Source: Phoronis australis (lineage: Eukaryota; Animalia; Phoronida). Taken from it: a DNA stretch of 64,000 nt. The stretch covers positions 23,395 through 87,394 of the forward strand of contig NMRA01000964.1 of NCBI GenBank assembly GCA_002633005.1, written 5' to 3'. The position numbers and the translations under genes were made by a program. Shown piece by piece: positions 1-13,400 of the stretch. Every line of letters starts with the position of its first letter. Positions within the stretch are counted from its first letter, which is position 1. The notes beneath the pieces were generated by a model, which was not told the origin of the DNA, did no database searches, and was given only the letters and a program-made list of their open reading frames with translations.

Positions 1-324
1 ATTTTTTCATATTTGGTTGGGCGATCTTCCAACGTGGCGTCATATGTTTAAAAGTTTAAGAAAGATGCAAAAAGTTTCACTCCGAGCGACAATCAAGAAA
101 TACATTAGCTTGGGTAGAACGGAATTCCGTCACTGGTTATAGTCTGCCGACTGAATGAGTTGAAATTACTTTTGTGGCGTTTAGTGGCTTAAATCAATAC
201 ACAAAACGAACAAGAGTGGCGAACATTTTTAAATACTTCACGCAGACTCTGCACATTCTAGTATGCACTTGAGCGTTAGGTTACAAGTTTTATCTAATAA
301 AAGAAACAATTTCAAATGCATCGA

Positions 325-330
325 TTTATT
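325..330 (-). terminator. Candidate polyadenylation signal AATAAA of the astacin-ShK gene
   Basis: tttatt on the + strand, about 0.8-0.9 kb past the stop codon, in AT-rich UTR-like sequence. Confidence 0.3.
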
Positions 331-1080
331 ACTTAAAAAGATAAAAATATCAAGATGAAAACAATGGTAATTGTGCATTGTACTTGTAACATTTCCTTAA
401 ACAACATTTGATATGTAGTTACCAAGGAATAGGCGCCTATAATATTTAGCTATTGAAAACTGACACATAAGTGCCATATAAATAACAGTTTTGTTCGAGA
501 TAGTACACTTGGGACTTGATTGCATGTTGAGAGTTATTTATACTGCTGCAATTGTATTATTTTAAACTATTTTGGGAAAGTCTGATGATCGAACCAGCTA
601 AAGAAGTCGAGTCGTCATTGACCTACCTTTTGAACTTTCAATGTCAGAGGGTGTTGTTGAAGTAGTGCGGGAGGGGAATGCGAAACATAATATCACATGG
701 CCGTATTGCTTTCGACGCATTCAACGCGTATTGTGTGAATAGTTGATATTTTTGAACAAATTGCCGTTACAACATTATAACTTCTTCACAATTTGAAGGT
801 AATTTGTGTGACAGATGGAATTAATGAACACATTATCATTCTTCAGCTTAGAAAATTCCTCAGATAATCTAAATAAAGGCAACATAACTTGATAGTGTTT
901 GTTCAAGGGAACATTCAAATGTCAAGAAATTCATTCTAAAAGATGTTCAAACATTCTGACTAACGATCGGGATCTCACTTTTGCACCAAGAGGCTGTTGA
1001 GAGTTATTTATACTCTTTACACTCTCTGTTTGGACAAGATACTTGCGCGCATTGCACTGCAATATTTAATGAAGTTTATA

Positions 1081-1217
1081 TTACGTTGAGGTTGGGAAGA
1101 TTAGGCAGTTCATCTTCTCGTGATCGCATCTTGACAACACGATGAGGAGTAGAATCGTGTAATGTTCAGTGGTTTGACCAAACACTAGCTGGTACCCTAA
1201 CTCTGTCATATCACCAC
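1081..1217 (-). CDS. Possible terminal exon of the astacin-ShK gene
   Basis: cctatag|GT GGT GAT ... ACG TAA follows a 51-nt intron and is phase-compatible, but no domain is recognisable. Confidence 0.3.
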
Positions 1218-1268
1218 CTATAGGTAGAAGTTTACGATGTATCATTAATCATTTGAACATAAACATAC

Positions 1269-1421
1269 CGGTAGTTTTTTCTCCACAAGCGCCGCAAGTC
1301 TTTGCACAATCTCGCTTCGTTGTGTAGCGCTTGCACCCTGTACTTAGACTAGACAAATGCTTGCAGAAAAACGACGGGTACTTGTCAATGCAAGAATGCG
1401 TACTCACGGTCCTGGGTTCAC
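1269..1421 (-). CDS. Exon: ShKT domain 11
   Basis: ctctag|GT GAA ... ACC G|gtatgt. Encodes EPRTVSTHSCIDKYPSFFCKHLSSLSTGCKRYTTKRDCAKTCGACGEKTT. Read-through would stop at 1249-1251. Confidence 0.88.
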
Positions 1422-4400
1422 CTAGAGTATGAATGAAGATACCTCGATAGAGTTGGTGGGTGTTCACATATCCAGTGTTTGAATACAGCCTCTGGTTACC
1501 AACGGGAAGGTTGAAATTGAATGTCAGTACTAGAGGTGTAGAATTCACATTTCGGAAATTAGTAACTAACTTACATCCGCCACGGCACAAGTGAGCCAAT
1601 ACGTTCGTGTATGGGAAGTATCTGTCTTTTGATGTGGTTACCTTTACTAAAACTATATAATGTAGATATCTGGTTCGATGGAGACACTTTTTTCTTGGAG
1701 CGTTTGTACTCGCCATTCAACAATAACAAGACTGCATGCTTATCTTGATTAGTATTTCAGAAACAACTGCTAGAGGATGCACAAAACATCAAACCCGTCC
1801 AAAAATGATAGGAGATATATTTTCTTCTCCCCTACAAATCCAATTCGGTAAAAATCACCCAATGAACGCCGAATATAAGAAATTAACAAAATAAAATTAC
1901 CGCACTTGTGGTTGCCAGAACTATCAAAAATTTTTGTTTATTATCCGTTTCTACGTTCATACTAAAATTGCATAGTTAACAAGAATGCTACAACAGGTTG
2001 AGGTGCTACGGTTCTGTACGAGAGTCAACGGCAGTCGTGCTCTAAGCAGTGGTAATTCATCTACTAATTTTCATAATGATTGTTTTGAGAGGTTTGGCGG
2101 TTAGAGCAGCGGCGAAAGCCAAGAAAACATAGGCCACTTGTTTGCACAGTGTAGTGGCGTGGGAAGCATTTTCGGTTTGGCAAAAGGTGAGGGTACGGAT
2201 CGGAGACATCCAGAATAAACGTTTGGTAATTCAAGTCTTGTTTTATGTACTTTAGAATCGTCAAAATGACTTCCGTTCTTGCCGCACGGATTAAGGGGCC
2301 CATGCTGAATACGTCCAATTACTGAACACCTGTTTGTCACATTTTACGAAAATCGGCCAAGAACCCTCTGAATATACATAACCAAACGTGAACATTTTGA
2401 AAGTGACAATAGGGGTCACAGCGGTTGTCCTTCATGCATAGGAGACATCGGCCAAACTTCTCCAGACTGCAACGAATTACATGTACATGAACATGTAGGA
2501 GATACAGACACAGAAAAACAAAAAANNNNNNNNNNNNNNNNNNNNNNNNNNNNNNNNNNNNNNNNNNNNNNNNNNNNNNNNNNNNNNNNNNNNNNNNNNN
2601 NNNNNNNNNNNNNNNNNNNNNNNNNNNNNNNNNNNNNNNNNNNNTTTAAAAACATACATGTATAACTGATAAATCCTATAATTTGAATTATAGCACTGAA
2701 TTTCTTTCCAGGTATTCAGTGATCAGTGCAAATACCTCAGAATGCAGCACCATACACGTACCTTTCGGTTTACAAACGCCACATGATCTCTCGCACTGTG
2801 CTTTCATGGTAAGGTCGGTGCAACGCCCGTCTTTTTTAATCTTGTCACAGTAGACGTCAGGTTTATTATTGTAACCTGCAGGAAGATCACGGTGTGCATT
2901 TATTGAGATATGTACGATGCGCGCTGTAAGTACCGGTCTACACACTCCGTCACAAAAGGTACTGAACACTGTAAAATAGAGTTCCCGCAGCCGCACATGA
3001 CTAGTCGGCAAGTATCTACATGTAAACTGTCGCGAATTTTCGAGCTAAAAATTAGTATTATACAATTAATCGATTTGCTATACAATTTTATGCGTCACTG
3101 TCCCTGTATCCGACTGCAATATATGTGAAGTAGAGAGAGGGGCAGCCGGAAGGGTGGAGGGAGGTAGAGATCGAGGGAGGGAGTCCCTGAGGGAGAGAGA
3201 TAGGAGTAGGGACGAATGGAGAGAGCTTGGGAGGGAGTTGAGGAGGGAGCTCACCGGCGACAGCGACGTTGTCCGATGTCAAGTTAAATTAACGAATTTG
3301 AGAAGAGAGACATTACCAGGAAGGTCGAGTGGCAGTTGAACGATTTTGTATTATATTCAGAAAGTAGTTACATAGCTAAGGTTAAATTAGAACATAATGA
3401 TCTATTTAGTTAGAAATAACGGTTTCTTTTAAAAGGAATGTGACCGATTTTCATGTCCTAAATTATTCATTAGGACATTTTGCAGCTGGTCATACCCTTG
3501 ATGTAAAGTCAAATATGGTCTGATTGGTCTCATGTACGCCACGGGCCCTTCCGCAACAGGTGGGTAGAGTTCAAAAACTTTAGGATTTGGCTAGGACCTT
3601 CACGAAATTACTCGAGGTGTTGCTTGTATTTTGAATGAGAATACACTATTTGGCTAGTTTTTTTTCAGCCGCCTTACATCTGCTCAGGTTTCATGCGAGT
3701 TGCCTTCTACAACATAACTCTAAGCATGGAATGTCAATTACCACGCTTCAGATGTGCAACGTTATAGATATTTCAGTGATTAATTATTTTTTGCAATTAG
3801 GTTGAAATACTATGGAGCTGGCATTCGTTTTAGTGACACTAAGGAAGCGGACAGTTTTTCTGGAAACCATGTTCGGCGCTTTTAGACGGCAAAATATTAC
3901 TAAAGTATAGGAGCCATTTGTTCGGACAAAGTTTCCGGTGGCAAGAGAACTAAACATATATCATTTGTACAAAACAAAAAAATTCACCTTTACTTATATA
4001 CCATAGCAAAACTGACACTGCAACAGAAGAATGCAATAATCTCTTACGCATTCGCGGTGCAACCATAGCCGTGTGTGACCGAGTTGGCATACAGGTAGCA
4101 CCCCTAGAGTTCCATGCTTTGTCAATAGAACTTCTCCCAATAGTTTTTGTAATTTTTTGGTGTCTAATACGACCATCTTCTCATCATTCAGGAAGCCGGC
4201 CGTGGGTACTAATGCTACCCACATGTAGCTGAGAGCTAGACTTAATTTAAGTCACCTAGTTAGAGGGTTTTGCTGTATTTGTGATACGCCAACTCTATGC
4301 ATTCTCTGAAGCGAACATTACCTTGCTGTTATAAATTAGTCAAAGAGATCAACTGAGAACACAGTACACGGATCAGAATTCAATTTTCTAAAGTAAAAAA

Positions 4401-7400
4401 GCACGGCACTAATACTGAATTGGAAGATTATTCAAGATTTACCCTGACCTAAACACTGTACCGGCCTTTTAGCAAGTCATGCATGAATTGGGAAATAAGT
4501 AAAATGCTACCCAACATACAAACAGCACAATAATTCATTCAATAATTTGTTTGCAATTGCTTTGCACTACAAACCACAAAAAACATGTTTTATATGTTGA
4601 CCTAAAGCAGCAGACTGGCCTGAGTTTTGATTTCCCAATTTCGATAACATGAACTCACTATGAAAATTTAATGGTAATTTACTCACATTCAACACATCTT
4701 CCGCAGGTTCTTTTACAGTTATCACGTACCCATTGATTTCGCGGACACTGACCGTCGTTAAAAAAGTCTTTACATCTGTCTACATGCTCAGATTGTAGTT
4801 CATCTTTGCAAAACCTAAATCACAAAGGGATGAATGTTATTGCGTAACAGCATGTTCCGCGTACATGTATGTTCAAGTAAAGCAAGTAAACTACAACAGT
4901 AGCCAACTGGGTTGACCAAAATTTTTCACCCTATCTATGCACTCAAATTGTTCATATACGATTTCGCATGAGACCATGTTATACTTTAATTCGGTGTCTA
5001 TAGACAGAAACTTCAAAGACTGTACGAGCTAAAATCAATTACCATTAATTATCATTTGAGATAAACCACGTTTTGGTCGCCTGCAACTTTCGTTAACTCG
5101 AGGATAGTTAAGGCGATGCAAAGCCGAGGAGTTGCTGGATCAATTTTTGAATTGTTAAAAAGTTCGAATTCACACCCCATTTTTGTTGAACGACTTAAAT
5201 ACATCTGCAGACAAGTGTCCCTCCACGGGGTCTGAGGGATGTTTCAAAACGCAAAGATGTCTTTCACTTTATTCGTAGAAAAAACTTTTTAATTCATTGT
5301 TTACAAGATACACATTTTTTGGACTCAGAAAAGAACATAATTAGAGTAATGTTTTAATATGATGTATATTTAAGCTGTGGAGTTAGTAATTCAAGGGGAG
5401 TTTGTATACTATTCAATAATAATTTTGAATTCGAAGTCATTGGTGAAAAGCGAGACCAAAAGAGTAACTTTTTGCTATTGAATATTTTTGTTGAAATAAA
5501 ATTAAAATTTCTCTTATAAACCTTTATGGTCCGAATTCTGACGAACCAAATTTCTATAAATCAATTTGAGATTCCCTGTCTAGTCTTGATACCGACTTTG
5601 CTATAATATGTGGCGACTGGAATTTAGTCCAAGACTTTGAAAAAGATTGTTTTGCGTATGTGCGTTAAAATAATCCAAACGCAAGAAAAGATGTTCTTAA
5701 TATTTGTTCTCATTTTAACCTCATTGACTCATGGAGACAGGCCAATCCCAATAAGAAAGTATTTACGTGGCAAAAGACGAAACCGATCAAGAAAGCACGC
5801 CTAAACTTTTTCTTGTTTCAAACGAAATGTCTAATATTGTGGAACAGGTTAAAATGAATCCTGGATATAGGACCGACCATTCTTCTGTTACACTCGAACT
5901 GAAAATTGGAAATTTTGCTAGAGGTTCGGGTCTTTGGCGATTTAATAATTCTCTACTTAAAGATGCACACTATGTAGAACTAATGAAAAATGTTATTAAA
6001 GAAACTAAAATCGAATACTCGGCTTTGCCTTACGCGAGAAGCAGGATAACCGAAATTCCCGATGCGGATTTGTTGTTAAATATAGATAATTCGTTGTTTT
6101 TTGAAATATTCCTACTCAGCATTCGCAGTCAAATAATAAAATTTAGTAAAAAGAAAAAGAAAGAAACTGATCACCGTATAAAAACTTTAGAAACACAAAT
6201 TAGTGTACTTTTCGACATAATTCTGCTGTTTTTGAAAAATTGTTTGATGAATTTTTTTGAAGAACTACGCCGTCTGAGAGAAGATATCATGAGAGGAGCT
6301 ATGATAAGAACAAGAGCGCGCTAGATTGAGCACGGGGAAAAGCTGTCAAAATATTTTTCTAATCTTGAAAAGAGAAACTATATTAATAAAAATATTACCA
6401 AATTAAATATGCCCAATGGGGAAACGGTTACACACCAATCTCAGCTACTCTTGGAGGTATCAAATTCCTATAAAATGTTGTACCAAAATAGAGACGATGT
6501 CACTGAGGATGTCAACTGGGATGTTTTAATTTATGATAATGTTAAAAAGTTAAGTGATATAGAGAACTCTTTGCTCGATGCAGCAATTTCTACAACTGAA
6601 GCCTGTTCGGTAGTTAAGTTCATGAAAAACAATAAATCACCAGGCCCGGACGGCTTCTCAGCTGAATTTTACGTTTTGGACTGATCTTTCAGTATTTTTG
6701 GTTCGTTCGCTTAATGATAGTTTTTCTAAAGGTAGATTGCCTGTAAGTCAAAATCAAGGGGTGATTTCTCTTCTGCCTAAGGGTAAAAAACCGAGAGAGT
6801 ACCTGAAAAACTGGCCTCCCATCTCATTACTCAATACCAGTTATAAGATTTTGTCAGGTTGTCTCGCACAAAGATTGAAACTGATAATTAGTACACTAGT
6901 ACATGAAAATCAGAGGGGTTTTATCAAGGGTAGACATATAGGGGAAAGCACTAGGAATATTTATGATTTGATCCATTGTACAGAAGATTTTAACACTCCA
7001 GGCCTTTTAGTACTTGTTGACTTTGAGAAGGCTTTTGATTCTACATGTATTTCGTGGAATTTCATTCATAAAGTTCTCAAATTCTTTAATTGTAGTGAAA
7101 ATTTTATTGATTGGATTCATCTTCTAAATCAGGTCTCACGTCTTTCTGTTATACAACATAATTTCAAGTCAGAATATTTTGCGATTGGGCGCGGGTGTCG
7201 ACAGGGGGATCCGATTTCTCCATATCACTTCATTCTGTGCGCAGAGATCATGGCAATTATGGTCCGTCAGAATTCGAAAATTAATGGCATTTGTATTGGG
7301 AGCTGATCTTGTAAAATAATGCCGTATGCCGATGATACAGTCTTAACTCTTAATGGGTCTAGCGACTCTCTGAATGAAACCCTGAATCTTTTAGACCAAT

Positions 7401-10400
7401 TTTTCAAGTTCTCTGGACTAAAACCTAATTTAGCAAAAAACAGAATGTGTATTGATAGGGTCTATGAAATACAGTGACATAAGGTTATGCCCTGAGAGAG
7501 AGCTACTTTGGAGAAATAAATATTTCACCACACTTGGTATTAAATTTAGTCTTGAGCTGCCTGAAATAACCACATTAAATTATGAAGAAAAGATCAGTGA
7601 AATTGAAGGTGGTTTCAGGACGTGGGCCAAAAGAATTTTGACTCCCCTGGGAAAAATAACTGTAATAAAATAATTTATGATTTCCAAGCTCATTTGTTTA
7701 TTACATTACCTTCCCCGTTACAGGAAACGATTAAAAGACTAGAAACACTTTTCTATAATTTTTATGGGATGGTAAAAACGATAAAATCGGTCGAACTACG
7801 GTTATTCAAAATTTCACGCATGGAGGCTGTAAAATGATACACATTAGCTATTTCATCAAATCTTTAAAGGTTTCATGGTTTCGTAAAATAAATTCATGTA
7901 GTGAAGAGTTGTGAATGGATATTTTGTCCCAAAATATCTTTTTTAATACCCATCGTAACTACTTGTGCTTTGGCCCAACATTTTATAAGATCTGGTCCAA
8001 AAAATATTTCAAATTTGTCCTGGAAAGAGATATTCTCTTACATTAAAGAATTTTTGAGTAAATTTCCTATCAAAAGAGAAAATATCATATATGAACCTTT
8101 GTGGTACAACTCTAATATTTTGGCAGATAAAAGACATTTATACTATAGAAGGTGGTATGAGAAAAATATTGTATTTATTTATGACTTTTTAGACTCTTAA
8201 TAGGACGTTTATGAATTATGAAACTTTCTGTAACGTACATGATTTTCCTCCACCCTTCAATGAATACCTTGGTGTTAGGAGTATATTACGATCATATCTA
8301 AGAGATAGTAAAGGTCCCGTCTTTCAAGTTACTTTACCTAATTTTCCACAGGTATTCTCTAACACCCTATTTTGCCAAAAGCAAAATAAACTTATCTATG
8401 ATACTTAAGTTTATCAGCTGCATGTATATGGAAAACCAAAATTTGAGTTAAAGTGGGAGATGGTGTTGAATTTGCAATTATCTGATGAATGGTGGAGAAA
8501 AACCTACTGTTGCTCTGTAGACTTCACATCTAATACGAAATTAGAATGGTTGCAAATTAGATTGACCCATAGAATTTTAAGTACAGACACTTTTCTCCAT
8601 AAATTTGGAGTTACTAACTCGCAATTGTGCACCTTTTGTAAAAAGGAACCAGAGGACTTAATTCATCTCTACTGTTCATGTCATGTTGTGTGTTCCTTTT
8701 GGTCGGCATTATTTCGATGGATCGACCAAAAAGTAAATATAACCTTAAATCCTGCCATCATCGATATCCTTTTTGGTAAGCATTCTGAATCAAAAGTAAT
8801 AAATCTAGTATTGATATTGAGTAAATATTATATATATCGTCGTACATGTAGGTTAGAGAAACGCTTACCCTGTATTGAACATCTCAAGGCAGAGATATAT
8901 GAATACTTCAACATTGAAAAATACATTTTTGCCAAAAATTGTGAACTTTTGGAATTTCATAAGAGATGGTCTCCTATGGTTCTTTTGTTTCGTTGACTGA
9001 GGTTACAACTAAGATTTAGGCCCCCGGAGTGAATGAGTGTATGAATGTGTATATTCCCTTTAAATTTAGTATATGTCTCACGCTACTTATGGATGATTAA
9101 ATGTCAAGAAATAAAAAAAGAAAACAGTGTCCCTCCACGACTTTTAATGTTAAAATCGATCGCACTTGACTTGTCTAAAAACGTCCAAGTTTGCACTGAC
9201 TTTGTTCACATAACTCTGAACACTGGGACTGTTTGTATTACTGTACTGTGTTCCGCTTTTGAATCTTGTCATGTAACATAGTGATTAGAATGGAGTGATG
9301 TCCACTCAACTTCACAGCCTAGGTTAAAAAAATATTCACACGATCCTTCACGAATAAACGCTCTGAGAGCTGCTGCTGTACGGTAAGCAGAGAAGAGGCC
9401 CTTTGTTATGCTTTACCAGACATTGGTCAGTCAGCTGTTGCCTATGCTCTACCTATATGATCAATATAAGCCAGAGCCACGCAAGCAGATTAAAAAGACT
9501 ACTAAATATATGTCTTCGTGTCATTACAGAATGCACCAAGTTTACTTCAATTGCGGCTCTGCCACATCTCACGAGAATTCCTTGAAAGACTCAACAACGG
9601 TCAGTCACAGCAACAATTGCCATCCAAAACCTCATGCATCCTCTGTATAATCAGCCCCCCCCGTTCAATTCATTGCGTTGCGATAAAACATTTTGTTCTT
9701 GTAACGTAATAACGAGGATCTCGCTAAAAAGCAAGACTTCGGGAGATTACGTAAGATATTGCCATGTACTTTAAATGAAAACACGTGACTTTGACTAGGT
9801 TTTAGCAAGGTCCTGGCGTAGGCCCTAGCGTCTACTTAGCGCACGCCAGGTGTCAGAGTCTTTTAAAAGGGTCATGGCCCCAGCTGCCGTCCTCAAGCCT
9901 ACAACCTCCAATCTGTTAAATCTACGCAGAGGGCAAATGGGGGGTTTGTGATAGATGTAGATGATGAAAGGGTTAATATGTACCGGTACATGTATTTGTA
10001 ACTGCTGCATTATACAGCGGTCAACGTGGACGGCTTTACATGTGCATATAAATTAAGAAATATATTTAAAATTGTAAGAATTCCTAGAAAAATCCTCAGA
10101 TCTCTTGATTATTGTATTAAACATTTCTAGAAAAAATCGTCAGATTCACTATTTTTGAAACCCAATTGAAATATAATTATTTTATCCCGATACAGTTTTC
10201 AAATTCTCCGCCCCTATATGTGAGCGCTCAAAGAAGTCGAACTGACTGCTGCTTGAGTGTATAGACATGCTTTGTTTTCATCAAAGGCCAAAGGCTACAT
10301 TTTCCTGGTTGTAAGTAAAGCAAGACGGTAAATATTTCTATTATAGTGACAAATGCTTGGGACAACAAAACAGGAACACATCCCAACACAGGACTTATGA

Positions 10401-13400
10401 GCCAATTTAGATACATCAAGAACAACAAAAACATGTGTACACGCATTGCATTATAAGCAAGAGGATCAAAAAGAATACCCAGTGATATAGTGATCATGAA
10501 TAAATAAATAAATAAATAATAGTTTCCCGTACCTCAAAATATTCTGGTGAAGAATGCAGTTTTCTCATGTGTTTTTGCATGAGAATGTTGTTGAAAACAA
10601 CATTCCTTTCACGTTACGGTCATGTCGTTAAGCATACATGTAGGCGCTTTGGAATGAGTATCCCTACTGACTGATTGTACAGTCGGGATAAAGGCTTCTC
10701 GTTATCAGTTTGACCGTGGCAAACCAACGTTTACACATCCTATCTCTCTCATTGTCTCATTTCAGCGTATAAGCTCACGTAATCCAGCAATTAGTTTGTA
10801 AACAGTGCGCCTAACGCCACACGATATTTTAAAGAACAATTTGCAAACGACTATCAACAAATATCGTGAAGCAGATGTGTTTTGTATGAAATACATTCAC
10901 CAAAACTCTTCGAGTGGAGAAAAACGGCCGACTTTCAGAGAAATTAGACTTACATGTAACTTTAACCGGTTGATTCATTTATGTGAGTGGAAGATCTGAC
11001 CAGCTTAAAGGAGAATGCCACCAAAAACGTAGTTTGTATCAGCTTAGATCGAATATTTCCTCTCCATAAGAACAAGTGCAGTTCTTTTACCGGACACCAG
11101 AAGGCAGACGGAGGTGCTAAATTTAACCAATGTCGTCACAGGTTCTAACACGGTCTGCTCAGCAGTTCGCGACACTCTTATTGGTGGCAGCTTATCGCTT
11201 GCATTCATCGTTATACACCAAAAAATCATCAAAATTCGATGCAAAACACAAGTACACTGAGTTTCTAAACAAACGAGTAAATTTATTTCGTTGTTACGCC
11301 TTCATAGCAATTTTGAATGTTCCGCTGGGCTAATAAGCCAACTTACCGAAATCGGTCGCAGCAAGTTTGGTGTCTGGTGATACAATGTAAATTAGAATTA
11401 TTCTTTCGTGAAATACAGACCCTGAGGAGAGCATAGCCCTGACTTGAAATTTTAGACTTTCGAATGTCGTCTTTTATAAACACAAAACGCTCATTGTAAC
11501 TCAGTGGCTCGGAACACGATCTGACCCTTCGCTGCCGAACTGAACATAATTCACCTAGGTTAGTCGGCTGCCAAAATTGAAAACTAAATTTCACGAACAG
11601 ACTAGACTAGTGAACCAAAGAAATACTGTGCACGTGGATAATTTGGTGAATTCGCCGCAAACTTGCAAATCTACTTACTGGACGGGACCGCGAAGCCAAG
11701 TTCGTGTTGAATGAACAGCTCAAAGTTGTGTATCACGCGCTAGCTTTGTTTTGAGTTGCAGGCTTTCTACCGCTTGTTAATTACATTCACACTCCCTGCT
11801 TGTGTGCTTTCACGTGTATTTCACAGTTTATTTCGCTTAGTATATTTTCATTCCATTCACTGCCTTATGATGTGACATGAATTAGTCACGAAATATAGCT
11901 ACTGTTTTTGTTTATTTGTTATGTCTCTTGATTTGTTACTTCATTCCTGCACACCAGAAGAAAAGAGAATCTCCCGAAATTACTAACGTACCAGTATCAA
12001 GCTCGTTAACAAAAAGTCTCAGTAGGCGTATACTTTTGGGGGTTAATGATTTTGTCTAAGGTATTTTTAATGAGATACCACATCGACCAGAGTCTCCTTG
12101 TAAAACCATTTCACGTATCGTCCAAGGGGAGCGAAATTTCAGAAAACGACCACCTTGGTTTTCTTCAAGTTTCCTTGCTTGCCCCATGATTCGCAAAATT
12201 CTGCCAAACATTTTAGCATACGTTGTAAGTTGACGGCGGTAGATGAACATAAACCATGATACAACGCAAATAATTTTGGGATGATTATGCAACCCTGGCG
12301 AGTGCCAACAATACAATCAAAGAACTCCGCAAGACCATTTTGAGTTTTCAAACAAGTGCGCAATTCGCCATAAAGAGAGCTGATGATGTTGAAAATTTCA
12401 CCATGCACATCAATATTTTTCAATCTATGGAAGAGTAAATTATGAGGGATTCGATCGAATGCCTTCGAGACATCTACAAGGGTACAGTAAACTATCCCAC
12501 CTTGCCGATTCAAATACATATGACACATAGTTTGAAATGTAAAAACTTGGTTAGTCATAGAGTAGCTCTTTCTAAAGCTATCTTGACACTCATAAAAATT
12601 TATCATTATTTTCAGCCTAGCAATAAAGACTATAATTCAAAAGTTTGTAAAAAAGCTTTCCCAAAGCAGTAAACAGGAAAACACCTCTATAGTTATTTTG
12701 GTCATCGGTATTACCTTGTTTATGTACTTCAGTAAGCATTGCGTCACACCATGTCTGGGGATAATACCCAGAATAAAAATTGCATTAAATAACTGATGCA
12801 AAACTGGCACTATCGTTACCTCAGTGCACTTCAGCTTTTCAAAAATAACGCCATCATCAACACCAGCCTTGAGATTAGGCAATTGTTAAATGGCCTCATA
12901 TATTTCACAAATAGGAAATTGTTGGTACACTTTTCACATAAATAATCATGTTCAAACCACCACTGCCAGTAAACTTGTAACCATTCCCGTCCGGAATCAA
13001 TTTTAGAAACTGTTTGCAGTTAAATTACAGTACCCTCTCTGTTTGAAATTTTGAAGAATGAATACATACTCTGCTATGTAACACGAAATGTTTGAGCTTT
13101 CCTTCCTTGCGGAGAATCGCAAATTTCTCTTCTTGTGATGTTAGTTGATCAGGGAAATATGATAAGGTATGTCTTGCCAAGGAGTGGTCTTTTGGAGAGT
13201 AAGGGAAAAATCGACGAAGACACAAGCACTAGACGGATCGTAATTCGTGAAATTGGAAGCCAACGGAAAATGTTTTGATATCAACAAAAATTCAAAGTGT
13301 GTACGAAGAAACCATAAAAATACCTAGTGAACAGCTTGATTTCTGTTTCAGTGGCAGAAAACCAATTTGACCATTGCATTTTTGTATTTTTTGGAATTTT

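Noticed and set aside
1402-1407. Strong GTGAGT donor 14 nt into the last ShK exon
   Set aside because: It would create a 14-nt microexon with a phase change and remove an intact ShKT domain; no supporting acceptor was found.
2064-2370. Acceptor-like site and short ORFs between the last two ShK exons
   Set aside because: All three frames from the acceptor hit stops quickly, and there is no Cys pattern.
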